This document shows, piece by piece, positions 1-12,716 of a stretch of DNA of 64,000 nt. Position numbers and translations under genes: made by a program. Each line of letters opens with the position of its first letter. Within the stretch, counting starts at the first letter, position 1. Source of the DNA: Takakia lepidozioides (lineage: Eukaryota > Plantae > Bryophyta); assembly GCA_030704615.1 (NCBI GenBank), contig CM060733.1, forward strand, positions 6,262,001 through 6,326,000. Reading direction: 5' to 3'. The notes beneath the pieces were generated by a model that was not told the origin of the DNA, did not search any database, and was given only the letters and a program-made list of their open reading frames with translations.

Positions 1-449
1 CAATGACTCCAGGTTTCATCCTGCACTCATAAACTGGCGAATTGCAGTGTAGACTTGGCAAGTGTGTCTCACCGATCCAAAGACCAATTAGAAAAACAAG
101 ATGTATGGTAGTGACAAAGCCACCATCACTTTCCTACCGAATGCATGTAAGCCCAACGACCTAACAGTACAAGAATGCACAACAAATCCTTAAAACCAAA
201 ACGAGAGAGAAATAATATCTCCATGCATGCTGCCGTTGTTCATAGAGACCTCCACTCCGTCAAGGATGGAGTCATAAAGGGAACACAAAGAGGTGGGAGC
301 ATTGAAAAAACAAATGCTCCTAAAACTCAAAATCATTATAGAGAACAGACATCACGTAATCTGTGGAGTGGGACGGAGGTGGGGAATCATGAAAAACATC
401 ATCATGATCCATAGATAGGAGTAGGCAAGCAAAAATTTGTACACCTTAC

Positions 450-986
450 CTATTCATCGCAACAACTTCCTGTCCCATGATGTTTGATGCTGCAGTGAGT
501 GTTTCCTTCCACTTCGACAGTTCTTCATCATTGTGCCTCAAGTTCTGCCCTTAAACAACCTTTATCTGGCCTGCGTACATCGCTGGGTGTCACATCATAG
601 AAGATGGGCAAAATGACTTTGTCCGGGATCTCCAAGATGAGACATAGCTCATCTAGGCACCACTTGGACTCTGTGTAACCCTTAGTGAACACTGGTATGT
701 AGATACCAGCATTGCGTATAGCATGATCAAGGGGCTCCCATGATTTCTCTCCCAAACCAATACCTGTGGCATCTAGGAATGGCGTAAACCCATCACAGTG
801 CAATGCCTCATCCAAGTGACCACGTCCGGCCCTCTATGACTAATAAACACATCGTAACTCTTTGAGGGACCTGCACAAGGAAGAACAAAACAATTGAATT
901 GCACAAGTGAATGGCAAAGAGGATGAGGTTGATTGCAAAAGGTCTAATTTAATTCGACCTTAACTTGGGGGTTTTCCAGTAGCCAT
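450..986 (-). pseudogene. TIR-domain gene, disrupted; may continue beyond the window start
   Basis: Minus strand reads SYDVFISHRGPDV, then after a frameshift GHLDEALHCDGFTPFLD...IPVFTKGYTESKWCLDEL...ILPIFYDVTPSDVRRP, which are classic plant TIR motifs. In-frame TGA at 528-530 precedes ELSKWKETLTAASNIMG. Acceptor tgcag at about 871, donor gtaagg at 449, putative ATG at 986. Confidence 0.85.
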
Positions 987-1283
987 GTTGAGGAAGCAAT
1001 GCGTAAATACCCATGCTTGAGCATACAACACCAAAATGTGGTCAGGCCTCCTAGGGATGAGCGAAAAGGTACTACCTAAGCCACCAGTTCCCTGATCTTA
1101 CTTCCTTTCTATCTTTCACACCTCATATATGTGCCCATTTTGACACAATGTAGGTATGTGGAGTGATAGACAAAGTGGCAGCAAAGTGCCACCTAATCGA
1201 CAGAGTTCACCTCAAGCAATTGACGACAATAGACAATTTCATGCAAGGAACATGTGGACAGATTCTAGGGTTCCTGCATACTT

Positions 1284-1552
1284 TATGTGGGATGTACTAT
1301 GTAATTCCAGTGGAAGTCCATACTCTACATATTTGTTAGGCAATCCATAACAAGAGGAACAACAGATTCTTCGGCGTCATGTGGGATGTACTCTGTAATT
1401 CCAGTGGAAACCCGTACTCTATATATTGTTAGACAGTCCATAACAAGAGGAACAACAGATTCTTCGGGTTGTACTCTGTAATTCCAGTGGAAACCCATAC
1501 TCTACATATTGTTAGGCAGTCCATAACAAGAGGAACAGCAGATTCTTCCGTG
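1284..1552. repeat. Three imperfect tandem copies of an ~80-95 bp unit
   Basis: Core tgtact(c/a)tgtaattccagtggaa...tccataacaagaggaaca(a/g)cagattcttc occurs three times. Confidence 0.9.
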
Positions 1553-2065
1553 TCTTGATTGAAACTGATTGCAACTGTAGGAAATGGATAACCCATCACC
1601 ACACACATGAATATTTGAGTACGACCACTATTTCATCCCTCAAGGGAGAGCTCCTACAGACTCTTAGTGCAAGTCAGCTTGTGGACTCCACGTCGACACC
1701 ATGTACTGGTCGACACCAATATTGTAATGCCTTTGTTAGACCTTCATGCTGGAGTTCATGGACTTCTAAAGTATACTGAACTTTCCTCATCTTCAGCATG
1801 TCACTCCCACTTGGCAGTCTGGCACCCCGTTACTTAACTACGTTTTTTCTTCCAGGTGTGTTACAATTCCATGTCATCAAGTTTACCACGTATAGTCAGT
1901 AAACTTAAAAACCAGAATAGTGTCTTTTCAGATCGGCTGTGGTGCAAACTACTCCCCGAATCTCAAACAAGTTGGCGCAAGGTAAGAAGGATTTATGCTC
2001 ATCAAGTCCCGCCAGATTTCCACCACTTCAGGGCGGTGCGTAATGTTTACAATTTCACATATTCA

Positions 2066-2680
2066 TCTTCTCACAACAGAGAGAGCTCGCGTCTGGGGGC
2101 TATCGTCTGATAATCCCTACTAATTGTCAATTCCATACAAGGAGGCCAGCTAAGTAGCTCTCAAATGGAGGAGGAAAAAAGCTGACAGCGTTACCTTTGG
2201 GGGGTTGGTTGCCGCGGTCGCTATCCTGCAGTGTCGCATAGCCTGCTGGTTGTTTTGCTTTTTCAGTCCCTTCTGGGTCCTCAGTCTTGGCCCCTTGACA
2301 TGGACCCTGAGAGCTCGAAGCACCATCTTCTGCCCGGGTCCTTGACGAGTTCATCTTCTCAAAACAGGAAGCTCTGCGTCTGAGGCTATCGTCTGATAAT
2401 CCCGACTAACTGTCCGATCCCGTCCAAGTTCTTTCAAAGGAAGAAGTTCTATAGCAAGTTCTCTAGCATTTTACCTCTGCGGGGTTGATCGCCGAAGTTC
2501 CTTTCCTCCATTGTCACATAAAGTGCTGGTTGTTTTACTCTAACAGCCTCTTTCGGGGCCTCACTCTTGGGAATGGGGCCATCGATTGAGTCATCATCAG
2601 TAACAGTTTACATGGATATTGAGAGCTCAGGGAAGCGCCATGTTCTGCGACCCCTCCATTTTCATCTCCAAGCAACCTGA
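2066..2680. repeat. Degenerate ~290-320 bp tandem duplication
   Basis: ggctatcgtctgataatccc at about 2098 and 2384; tgctggttgtttt at about 2244 and 2524; gagagctc blocks at about 2309 and 2621. Confidence 0.75.
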
Positions 2681-3633
2681 CACCGGGCGTTGGAGAAAAG
2701 AAACATCTTCCAAGTTTTTTCCACTAACCAACCTCCTCTCGAGCGAGATGACTGATGCAGGACCAACCCACATCCAACCGAAGCTGCATGGCATGACTTT
2801 ACACTCTCCAGAACCCACTAGCTCTTTCAGAATATGGAATCGCAACAGACATCAGTACATGTGGGAAAAATTTCATAACTCATGTAGAAGACACCCAAGC
2901 CATTGGAATGGCGTTGTGCGGAGGAGTCGATGCAGGGCGTCCATGGCAGCGATCGCGCTCTGAACGTTAAAAGCAGGTGTGGCAGATTCTGCCACTTTTT
3001 CGGCCTAATTCTCAGGCCGAATCGGCCACCCAGGGCAGAATCGGCAGGGATGGCCGCGCACGCACAAAGGACGACATACCTTCTACCGAGGCCCATGTCA
3101 TCAGTCATCAACACACTCTCCATACCCCTGAGGCTCGCCCCGTTTATATCCTCCCCGGGGCTCTGAATCTGGGCAATCGATATGGGATAATCGAACCTCA
3201 ATCATATAGCGCCACGTAGCGGCGAGAATCCGCCACAGCAGCTTTTAACGCCAGTGAACGGGCCGCGTTGGCCGACTCTGCCCTGTGCGCGGCCATAGGG
3301 CTCGTGAGAACCAACACGAGAGCCTCGCTTGCTCCGAAGAGTCAACGCTCACCAGTGTTCATCCAGGAATATGGATGAACATTCCGCTCATATACGTTCA
3401 TTAGCCTGTCCCGATCACTAACCAGGTGGCTATACGTTACAGGTCAGACAGATTGCGACTCCCACATACCGTGTGCCAGGCTACACTACACAGGCTGGCC
3501 GATCATGTTACTGTTGACATAGACAAAGCTCATGCCTTGCATTGTACCACCAAGATTTAGCCCCAGATCTCTTTTGCACATGGGACATATTCATCCATAG
3601 ACCTTTTCATTCGTGGGTCCTCTGCAGCAGACT

Positions 3634-3643
3634 AGCCGTTGGC
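3634..3643 (-). promoter_or_regulatory. Possible MSA (G2/M, MYB3R) element
   Basis: GCCAACGGCT on the minus strand resembles the YCYAACGGYY consensus and lies about 230 bp upstream of the ATG at 3868. It is a single short motif. Confidence 0.3.
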
Positions 3644-3867
3644 TCACCGTCTCGATTTCTCGTAGCAGTCTGGCTGTTTGGTTGCATCGTCTGTGATTCG
3701 AGCTGTGCACGACGAAAGAAATTTTCAAGGTGATTTCCGATTCTGTATTCAAGCTGAGCGAAGGTCGCGAAAGAGAGAGAGAAAGATTTCTTACTTCCGC
3801 GGGAGGCCAGAGACTTACGGGACACATAGCCCTAGAACCAGAGAGAGTCTTTGGCCTACGAAGTGAG

Positions 3868-5183
3868 ATGGAGGGGTTTGCATTAGTACATTCCGGGAAA
3901 ATCCAAAACGAGTTTGAGAAGGACGAATTCTATGAAAGTATCCAAGCGCCGAAATTTCATGACTTTACTGCTCCAGAGGTTGAGCGGGTTGATGCTGATG
4001 CCTGGTTCTCTGGGATGCCGGGTGTGTCTCTCTACTACCTTAAACTCTCTCGTGTTTATCTTTACACTAGCGATCTCTCCTCTTCCCCCACTCCTTTCCC
4101 TATGTTCTATCTCGCACTAGCTAACAGAGATACACGGATACACCTTTGGCGGGAACCTCAACTTTTCAAATCGTCTCAATCTATGAACGTGCTCCCTCTT
4201 GATCTCTTTTCCACTTCCTTAGGTTCGGGCGCGTCCTGTGTATGATCGGCATTTTGAACTGCTCCTGTTTTGGGGAACCTTCCAACTTCACCTTATCAGC
4301 ATGACGATTGAACGACAGCCAGTTAGGAAGAGAATTCACTGTTATTGCAAACGAGAGAGTGGAGGTGAGGTGTCCAAATGGTATGGTTGCCGTGTCAAGT
4401 GGTTGGAATGTACATGGTCGGAATCAGCGTGTGTTGTAGTGATGCTGCAGGATTCACTTGGAGGCCCGCCTCCAATGCTTTGGAAGTCTTCCGCCACTGA
4501 GACATCAAAACTATCACCAGAGGCCAGAATCTGGCAGTCTTCCGTGAGTGAAGACAACTATCAGGCCACCAACATGGTAAGAAACTCCCCTGATGTCAAT
4601 CCATCCACGTTAGCGAAAAACCTGAAAAAGGCTCCTGGTAGACTGTTTGAAGAATTGCAAATCAATCGTACCAGTAACTTGAACAATCTGAAAGAGGCAC
4701 CACCACCAGCCTTGTCGGCCCATAGAGTGCCAGCAACTGATTTTCCCTTGCTCTCACTCGGTTTCCAATCGCTTTTCTGTGGTATCTGTGGTTGGCTTTC
4801 ACCACTGACAGGGTATCAGTAGGGATCTAATGTTGCACCAGATAAGTGAAAGCCAGCTAAGTCTTTTATTAGCAGTAAAGCATTTCTTGCATCACATGTG
4901 TTTGTTTGACGTTTGCCTTGGACTGTGAGAAAGACAAGCTTTACCTCAACATGTGGATATGCTTGAGAGCAAGTGCCGCCTAGTTTGCAAGCATATTCCA
5001 TCCTTGACCTCTGCGACTGAGACGTCCAAACCATTCTCTTTGGTCAGCATCTGGCAGTCTTCCATGACTGAAGAACTCACTCAGGCCACCAACATGGGAA
5101 GATCATCCCCTGATGTCACTCCATCCAAGGTTACAAAACATCCGAGAAGGCCTCCCAGTGGTTTTCTGAAGAAATGCCAGTGA
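3868..5183 (+). CDS. Protein with an N-terminal TPX2-like/At4g17000-like motif; 3' exon structure uncertain
   Basis: MEGFALVHSGKIQNEFEKDEFYESIQAPKFHDFTAPEVERVDADAWF matches the plant (D)EFY-x-I-x-APKF-x-DFT...D-x-WF motif. Donor at about 4022. Downstream S/P-rich exon-like segments from 4451 and about 4970 are paralogous to each other. Confidence 0.55.
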
Positions 5184-6036
5184 CCTGAAAATATTGAAAG
5201 AGACACCACCGTCAGCCTTGTTGCTGCCTACCGTTTCCAGTATGCGAGTTCAAGTTGTTGTCATTCGGTTCCATGCCTTCTTCTGTGGCATCTGTAGTCA
5301 GCTTTCATGGGTATCAGCAGGTACCCGACGTTGCACAAGACACGTAGAAAGTCAGCTAACTTCCTTTCTATCAGCAGTAGAACATTCTCACTTCGCAAAT
5401 CTGTATGACATTGATATGAGAAGACTGTCAAGGTTTCACACCATCTACACTGTACCCAATAGGGTTCCAATGTTGCACCAGAGATGTAAAACCCAGCTAA
5501 CTCCTTTCTGTATTAGCAGTAGTCCATTCTTGCATCCCATGTATCTGTCCCTAGACTGTGCGAAGTCGAGTTTCCCTCAACAGTTGGAATGCATGACAGC
5601 AGCTGTAGCTTGAATTCGCAAAAGCATATTCCATTTTCTTGTGTTGTCTGTAGTGACCATGTACATTCCATTCCAACACATGAGTACCGCTTGCAAAGTT
5701 TTGGGTCCATCAAAACAGCCCAAGTTTCAGAACTGAATTTCATGGGTTCTCACACATTTGCACACAGCTACTTGGCAAACAATTTTTTCCCACATAGTCT
5801 GGCCCCACACATGCAGGCGAAAACCTCTGGAGAAGAGGGGTTGCTAAGATGGATGAGCAGACTTACATACCGTGTTCTGTGTGGATGACATCCACAGCTC
5901 CGGGTTTGAGGATCTTGTGAAGATCTGTTGCAGATGGATCCGTCCTCTCTCTCGCATGACAGAAGGTATTTTGGTATTTGGAGTGGAGTGGAGTGGATTG
6001 TGATAGAGGAGGTGGGGAAGCAGTAGAGATTGCAGA

Positions 6037-9000
6037 ATGCATGCTCCTATGTGCGGGAATTGCTTGAGGGCTGACAAGTTTCTTGGCGGATTAGGCTTGC
6101 ATTTGAAAGCGTCGGAAAAGCCAGCCAAGGATCTGTTTGATGACGAGGATGTGGCCCCCTGTATTTTTCATAGGCTTGCTGATCCTGCATCTGGGAAGGT
6201 TAGTAGTTTGATAAAGATACTTCAGGACCATCCTTTTCCGCACGACATTTTGCACATTTCATGTAGAGATGACACCAACGCTGGGGCAGAGGACAACTGA
6301 AACCGTAGCATGTCCACTAGTGGTGACAAAATTTGTACACAACTACGTTGGATATCAATGGTCCAGAATGATTCCTCTTTGTAAAGCGTTCGCAATGTAG
6401 AACGGGTTCTTTTCCCTCCGGCGCTGGAGTCATAATGGAATCTGTTTGGTCATCTAGAGTTTGATGCGTAAATAACGAACTTGACATCGGAATGTAAGGG
6501 AATGCGAAAGTACTGGGCCGCTGGAATGCCTGTTCGTCCCCATCAGTTTTCACTGTATGATTTCCGCTGTAAGAACTTGAGGAAAAACTGTCGGCTTTAG
6601 TTGTCACTGAGTCCTGGGTCACCTACGGGAAGGAATAAGCCAATGTGCGCGTGTGTGTGTGGGTGTGTGGTAATGCGTCCCAGCGCCTTAAATAATATGG
6701 GGGCTGGTCGTTGAAAACAGGAATTTTTGATCTGTAGAAGAGTCAGGCCCCTGGGAACCTGGAAACCACAGATCTAAACAACAGACTTCCTGGTCCTACA
6801 CCAGACTAGAATGTTACAACCCAATTGCTTGTCTGCAGCTCTATCTCCAGTTCGTCTGTGGACGTTGGGAGAATTCAGGGTGTGGACTCACACAGCCTGC
6901 TTATAGACTGGAGGATGGAAGAACCTGCAATATGCTGACATATGCCCTGCTTGGGCTAGACATGACAGATGGGAGATTGGGACTGAAGAACATCTTTTCT
7001 TGCACTCTCCTTGTTATTATGAGATCTGGGGTCGACGTTATTGTCTATTCCGGGACAGCCAATGGCTCACCGAGGTCTTTCACTATGAGGACTAGAGACA
7101 CTTGACAGGATATCTACATGAGGCTCCCTACCTTCGAAATCTCTTGATGTTGAAGAGTTGTTTTTGGGGTGCTTGTTGAGGGTCCCACGTCCTTTCTTAT
7201 ATCCTGCTTTCTTTTCTCCCATAAGCTCTTTGAGCTTTCCTTGGACGTTATAAAATTACTTACTTTCCTTCTATCTATCTCTGGAATTGTATATGACTTC
7301 CGTCTCAATAATGTGGAAGCAGGGTAATGACCAGGTGTGTCAATGGTTATTCGACATGTACCAAACACAAGATGTAGAGATGCAAGCAGTGGTTCTGCAG
7401 TACATTCCAACTCTATGTGGGCTGTACTTGCGCAGAGTTTCAAGCCGTCCCAATGAACCCCTTGCAGGTAATTCTCTGGAAGTGTCCTCAGCTCATGTTG
7501 TGGTGCTAGTGTTGATTTCAAGGCTGATTGGGTTTGAGACAATCAGCATGGGTATGCCTGGACCATGGACACTCCAGAGGAGTCAGAACTATGGAACACT
7601 TCTGACCTTGCTTGACAGATCTTTCCCAAATACTAGAAAACCTTGTAATCATGATGGTCGCCCTTCATCTCACATCTGAGGTGAGTCACCTTAAGAAATC
7701 CATTTGACCATTCCAACCATACTTGGGTATATAAGCCAAAGTGGACACCATTGAGCCAAAGCGCATGGTGTCCAAATACATCATGGTGTCAGGCCCACCT
7801 CCTTGCCCATCCTGCAGTCTTCAACTAGTCTTGGACAATTTAGGCAGTAGGTCCATACCTTGGAGTGTAGTTCAACAATTCAGGACACTTGCATTAGAAG
7901 ACAAATACTACACATCCATCCACAGATTGGTTTGCTGCGTGGAGCTGTGTATGATCTGTGCTTCAAAGCAGAGTCAATCCCTTGGACCAACCAATTAGTG
8001 AGCAAGAGGACCTTGTGATATGTGTCTCTTCATGCACCTTGCATGCTCTTGTATTTGTCTTTTTCCTAATTCTTTTTAGTTATCTAAATGGTGAGATTGA
8101 GTACTGGCAGGTTTTGAGGCAGTGCTGTTAGCTTTGTATGCAGCAGAGACTACTCGAGGGGGAAGGCCGCTTGTGATCAACATTCCAAACCTTGCACAGC
8201 CCAGCCTATACCACTCTCCAAATTTCTCCTGTACTTCCACCGTTCATCCGGTCTGTCTGAGGCTTACCATTTCCTTCGCTTTAATAACTAGAACCTCAGT
8301 TAGGAAAATCCAGGGCAATTCTGATGTAAAGATGCAGATGACAATTGACAGAGAAGTGTGATAAGAACTGCCTCCTATCAGGGATGTGTTTGGGGTCTCC
8401 TATTTTCTGTACACATAGGGCACCTTTGGAGTTCTTGATGAATGCTCATGTTTGAAGGCAAGGCGACAGAGGTGTTATAACTCTTTCATACTCCTTTCTG
8501 TGCATGTTCTGCAGCACGTCAAAGAACTTTCCTCAGCCTCAGCCTTGGAGCCACAAGTAGCAGTGAAGAGTAGCAACCGAGCATCAGTTGTGGGAGTGGC
8601 ATTGGAACTATTTTGCAGAAGAATTGGAGTGATGCCCTTCAAAGCAAAGCTTGATTTATGTCATTATGCCAGAAGGTTGGTGTCTCTGTTAAACTTCACA
8701 TCTTTCAGCAATTTGAGTAGGGTCATCATATGTGATAGGACATTACCAGCTGACTGGAGTAGGTCAGACTCTTTGATGCCCTATAAATTTTTGCAAGGGT
8801 CTTATGAGTTATATTTTATCCATCCCTTGTGACCTTTTATTGGAGCAGCAGCTGCAGATATTAGAGTCCGAAGTGTGTTGGTATATTTGACTCCATTGAT
8901 AGGCTGGGAGAAGGGTAGTGCAGCTGGCCAGACATGCCCCTTTTGTGCTTGGCTTCTGTAAGATGAGATGCACATTGTCGGGCCCTTGCAAAGGGGAGGG

Positions 9001-10323
9001 TCTACACACTACACCATTACTTCACAAGACAATTTTTTTGGGAGACATTGTCACCCCTTCAATAGTCCAATGGAATGATGTCAATAGCTTTTGACGGGAT
9101 TATTGGACACAACAGTCGATGATTCTTTCAGATGGCGGGCAACAAAGTTGAATGTCAGATGCTTTCAGTGCACCTAGTCTACTGTTACACCTGCCTGGGC
9201 GGTTGGAAATTCATTAGGATAGGGTGGATGTGTCTGTCAGTATAAGAGGCCTTCACAAGTTGAGACAAGTTGAGACACTTGTTACCATAGTCATTCTGTA
9301 GGGATCCTCTTGGAGAACCGGAGTAGGTTGGAAAATTAACTCTCAAATGTCCAGCAGTCTCATTTCTGTTGTTGAGTGTCCTTTTGGTATTAGTGTTGAA
9401 CCTAGGCAAGTGAGAACAACTAGGGTACCTGTGGAAGTCAGTCTGGAATTCACAAATTTGTGTGGAAAGATATCTACACTTCCCATGTGACCAGTGTAAC
9501 TTGAACGCACAGTCTGTGGAAGTCAGTCTGGAGTTCACAAATTTGTGTGGAAAGATATCTACACTTCCCATGTGACCAGTGTAACTTGAACGCACAGTCC
9601 AGTTTGGGTCATGTGTTGGTGAGCAGCTGGGCCATTCAGGGATGCTTTTGGGCTAAAGAAGTGGATGCTACTGCCCAGCTGGCAAGGGCAACCCCTGCCC
9701 AGGGAACATCTGTCCAGCCAACCAGTGAATGGTCCGGGGAGCCACTCTCCGTGAATGAGCAGCTTTCCAAGTGCACTGGACTATCTCAAGGTACCCAAAC
9801 ACGGCCCTCTCATGACATGTCAGCATGCCTGTTGTTAGAGCCTTCCGAATCTTCAGGAGAAATCTGCTCTGGTACTTTTCTCTTTACTCTCTTTGCAGTA
9901 ACCAGTGAAGTCGGTGATTGGTAGTCCTGCTTGTATCTACTGATGAAGGCGTTGTTACTTGGCGTGCCACCAGGTAGTGCATCTAGCCCTGCAATTAGGT
10001 CACCACCAGCTGGCACCGACAAGTTCAATGATATCTGGGAGTTCCACGATCTGCCTGTGAGCACAGAAGGACCAAGAGTGCCACTGGAAATGGATTTATT
10101 GCGACCTATTTTTAAGGTCATTGCTCATTGTCTAATGGCACCTACAAATTCATTGCAAGTCAAGGCGGCAGCATTAGAGGCTGCTGGGGCCCTTTATGCC
10201 CGTGCATCGCACGACATGGTCCCTGAAGCAATCCTTGCTTCACGCAGTCTCCTGCGGATGGCTGCCGCAGCTGGGGGTGCTTCGACTGTGATCAGACCTT
10301 ACGGGTCCAAGAGGGTGGCTTGA
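6037..10323 (+). CDS. HYC: Hyccin/FAM126 family protein (PI4K-alpha complex subunit); exons about 6037-6198, 7323-7467, 8111-8250, 8515-8675, 9627-9790, 9974-10323
   Basis: Spliced reading LADPASGK|GNDQVCQWLFDMYQ...VVLQYIPTLCGLYL...PLAG|FEAVLLALYAAETTRGGRPLVINIPNLAQPSLYHSP...RVPLEMDLLRPIFKVIAHCLMAP...LYARASHDMVPEAILASRSLLR fits plant hyccin. GT-AG sites are phase-compatible. Confidence 0.85.
9429..9599. repeat. Near-perfect 2x85-bp tandem duplication in a hyccin intron
   Basis: ctgtggaagtcagtctgga(a/g)ttcacaaatttg...ttgaacgcacagt starts at 9429 and 9514, with one mismatch. Confidence 0.95.
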
Positions 10324-12716
10324 GGTTATCCCTGGTTGCATATTGTGGAGCAGCAAACCCCCTTGAGCAGTGCATCTGCTCTGTCTCGACTCCAAAATAC
10401 ACTTGAATATCGATTACTGGGAGGTGGAAAATGTAAACCAGACTGGCAGAACCATGCCTGGATACTCGGGACCATCCAAACTTCTTCACACTTTCTCACA
10501 AAATGCCCTTGGGTGGAGGCACCTCCTCACGACCCCCAGACTTTTCACATCTGATCGTGCCAGTAGAGATCATTGTCCTGTCCACTTACAGATCATTATC
10601 CATCATTGTCCCTACTCACAATCAGCAACCAATGATCACTACGAAGCTTCCACTGGTGTTGGGTTTAACACTGATGCATCAAGAGCAAATGTATAAACTG
10701 GAGTCTCTGGAGTCTGTAAATCAAATGCCTCATATGCAGCTAGCATTTCTTTTGAAGGGGGTCTCTTGCTAGAGTCTTTTCTTGGGTGAACCCTCCTAAG
10801 TTATTTTCGATCCCCTCCAGAAGTGTACCAGGAGCTCTTGTTTGACAGTAGCCTGACCACCCTTATCAAATCAACCCAGTAAGATGTTTTTGGAGGGCGT
10901 GTGCAGCACCAACGATCAAGGCAATCACAACCAGCAATATTTTGCAACCAGATGAAGGCTGTAACCCCAAAATATCTCTCATGCTAGGAAGAATCAAGGG
11001 TTTGGTTGCAACAGTTTCTCAGAACAGGTTTCACCCTGCTCGACTTCTAAAATGTGATTGGTATAGCTTCAAAGGCTTCACCAGTGATAAAGTATGGATG
11101 AGGGCGTTAATGAATTGTGTAACTCCATGAGAAAAGGGAGCAGACTGTTGGGTGCAGACACTAACATTTTCTAGGAATCTTGAGTTGGGAAAACCATGCT
11201 GAAACCTGAGCTAAGACCCAACATTGGGCAACTGCCGGAGAGATATCTAGATTCTATTCCTGTATGGAGAATCCTTGGGCAGCAACTGTGGGATCTCACC
11301 AAAGGAAGGACGTTGGACAAAACTTTGCCCACATTTTGTGGTACGGGACGTCTTGATCGAGGCTGCAACAGCGGACAAAAGAGATGATCAGTACTTGGAA
11401 GTGTCAGGTGTTCGAATGTCGGGGCTGCTTTTTAAGGACAATTTGATGTCGAATGTTTGTCGATCATTTTCAGATGGGAGGTTTGTGTCGTTGCATTCAG
11501 TTCATAGAAAACAACCGGAAAACAGGCAAATGTTAGCACGACAGGACAAGTGTGACGGTGTTTGTGTTGCCGTGCCATATGGACTGAGAGACGGTGCGGA
11601 CAAGGCAGGCTCTGATTGGCTACAGTCATGGATGATGAGCCTCAGGAGGAGCAAATCGACCAACATAACCGGCAGCAAGAGAAACAGAAACAGTCGTAGA
11701 AGAGAAACAGTCGATTGGAAAGAAAAAGTAACAGATCAAGGAATATATCATGGAGAAGGAGACGAGATGGAGGATTTCTAAGTACAGTACCGGTGCAAGA
11801 GTTATTTCTGACCGAGAAAATCGCCTGCCAAACGTGACGTAGCAACAGTTTTGGATATGGCAAGAGAAGGCGGATTCAGCTCTGCCTATGGAGGAACAGG
11901 GAAGTTTAGCGATAGCGCCAATGTAGCGTGAGGGGGAGTAGCTATGGTGAAGATGATGACCAAGCTGTGAGGGTGGGTGGCAAGAGGGGAAGCGTGAAGA
12001 GGAGGAGGGAGGGGAAGACGGGCAAGCCAAGGTGGACAGCAGAAGCAACGGAAACATTGCGTTACAATCATGCGGGTCCCTCCAAAGTCTTTGTTGGCTC
12101 GTGCATCGTCGGGCTGCTCCCGACTTCTAGGAGTCCGAGCTCCATTTGAAGGATCCGGGGTCCCTTTCATACCTTCTCCAACTGCTGGATTGGCACACTG
12201 GGTGGTCCATGACAACGCTCTTGCACTACTGCCGGAATCCACCCCACCCACTGACAGGCCCCCTTCTGTGCTTGAGTGCTGCAAAAGGGCTCTGACAAGC
12301 GGGCCAGCTGAATTCGAGCCTACTTGCCCACCAATCGCTGCCCAATTGCCCTATATAGACCTTGCAAAGCGACTCTCATTTCCTTTGGCTCGCGCAGGTT
12401 TGTGCCGGTTTTTGATTGAGCAGCATTGTGCCACATATCAAAAATCTCTTGCCTATGTTCTCAGTCCTGCAGGATCTCTATGGTTGCACAAATGGCAGAG
12501 AGGCAGCATGAAATCTGCACAACTTTTCTTTTACTCATACGATCCATTCGGAATCTAAATTGAAGCAGGTGCGTCCGAGTCAGCTGAGAAGTTCGGAGCT
12601 TCTCTAGAGTGGGGAAAGACGCGAAGCAGGCGACGGATAGGGATTTCTCCAGGTTTGGAGCTGCCGTTGGCCCAGGTTCACGTCGTTGCAGGCACTCCAT
12701 CAGAGTCCTTGTCGAC

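Noticed and set aside
11196-12150. Several 60-170 aa ORFs between hyccin and GPDH
   Set aside because: No recognisable motif or consistent splice structure; the purine-rich composition can explain the open frames.
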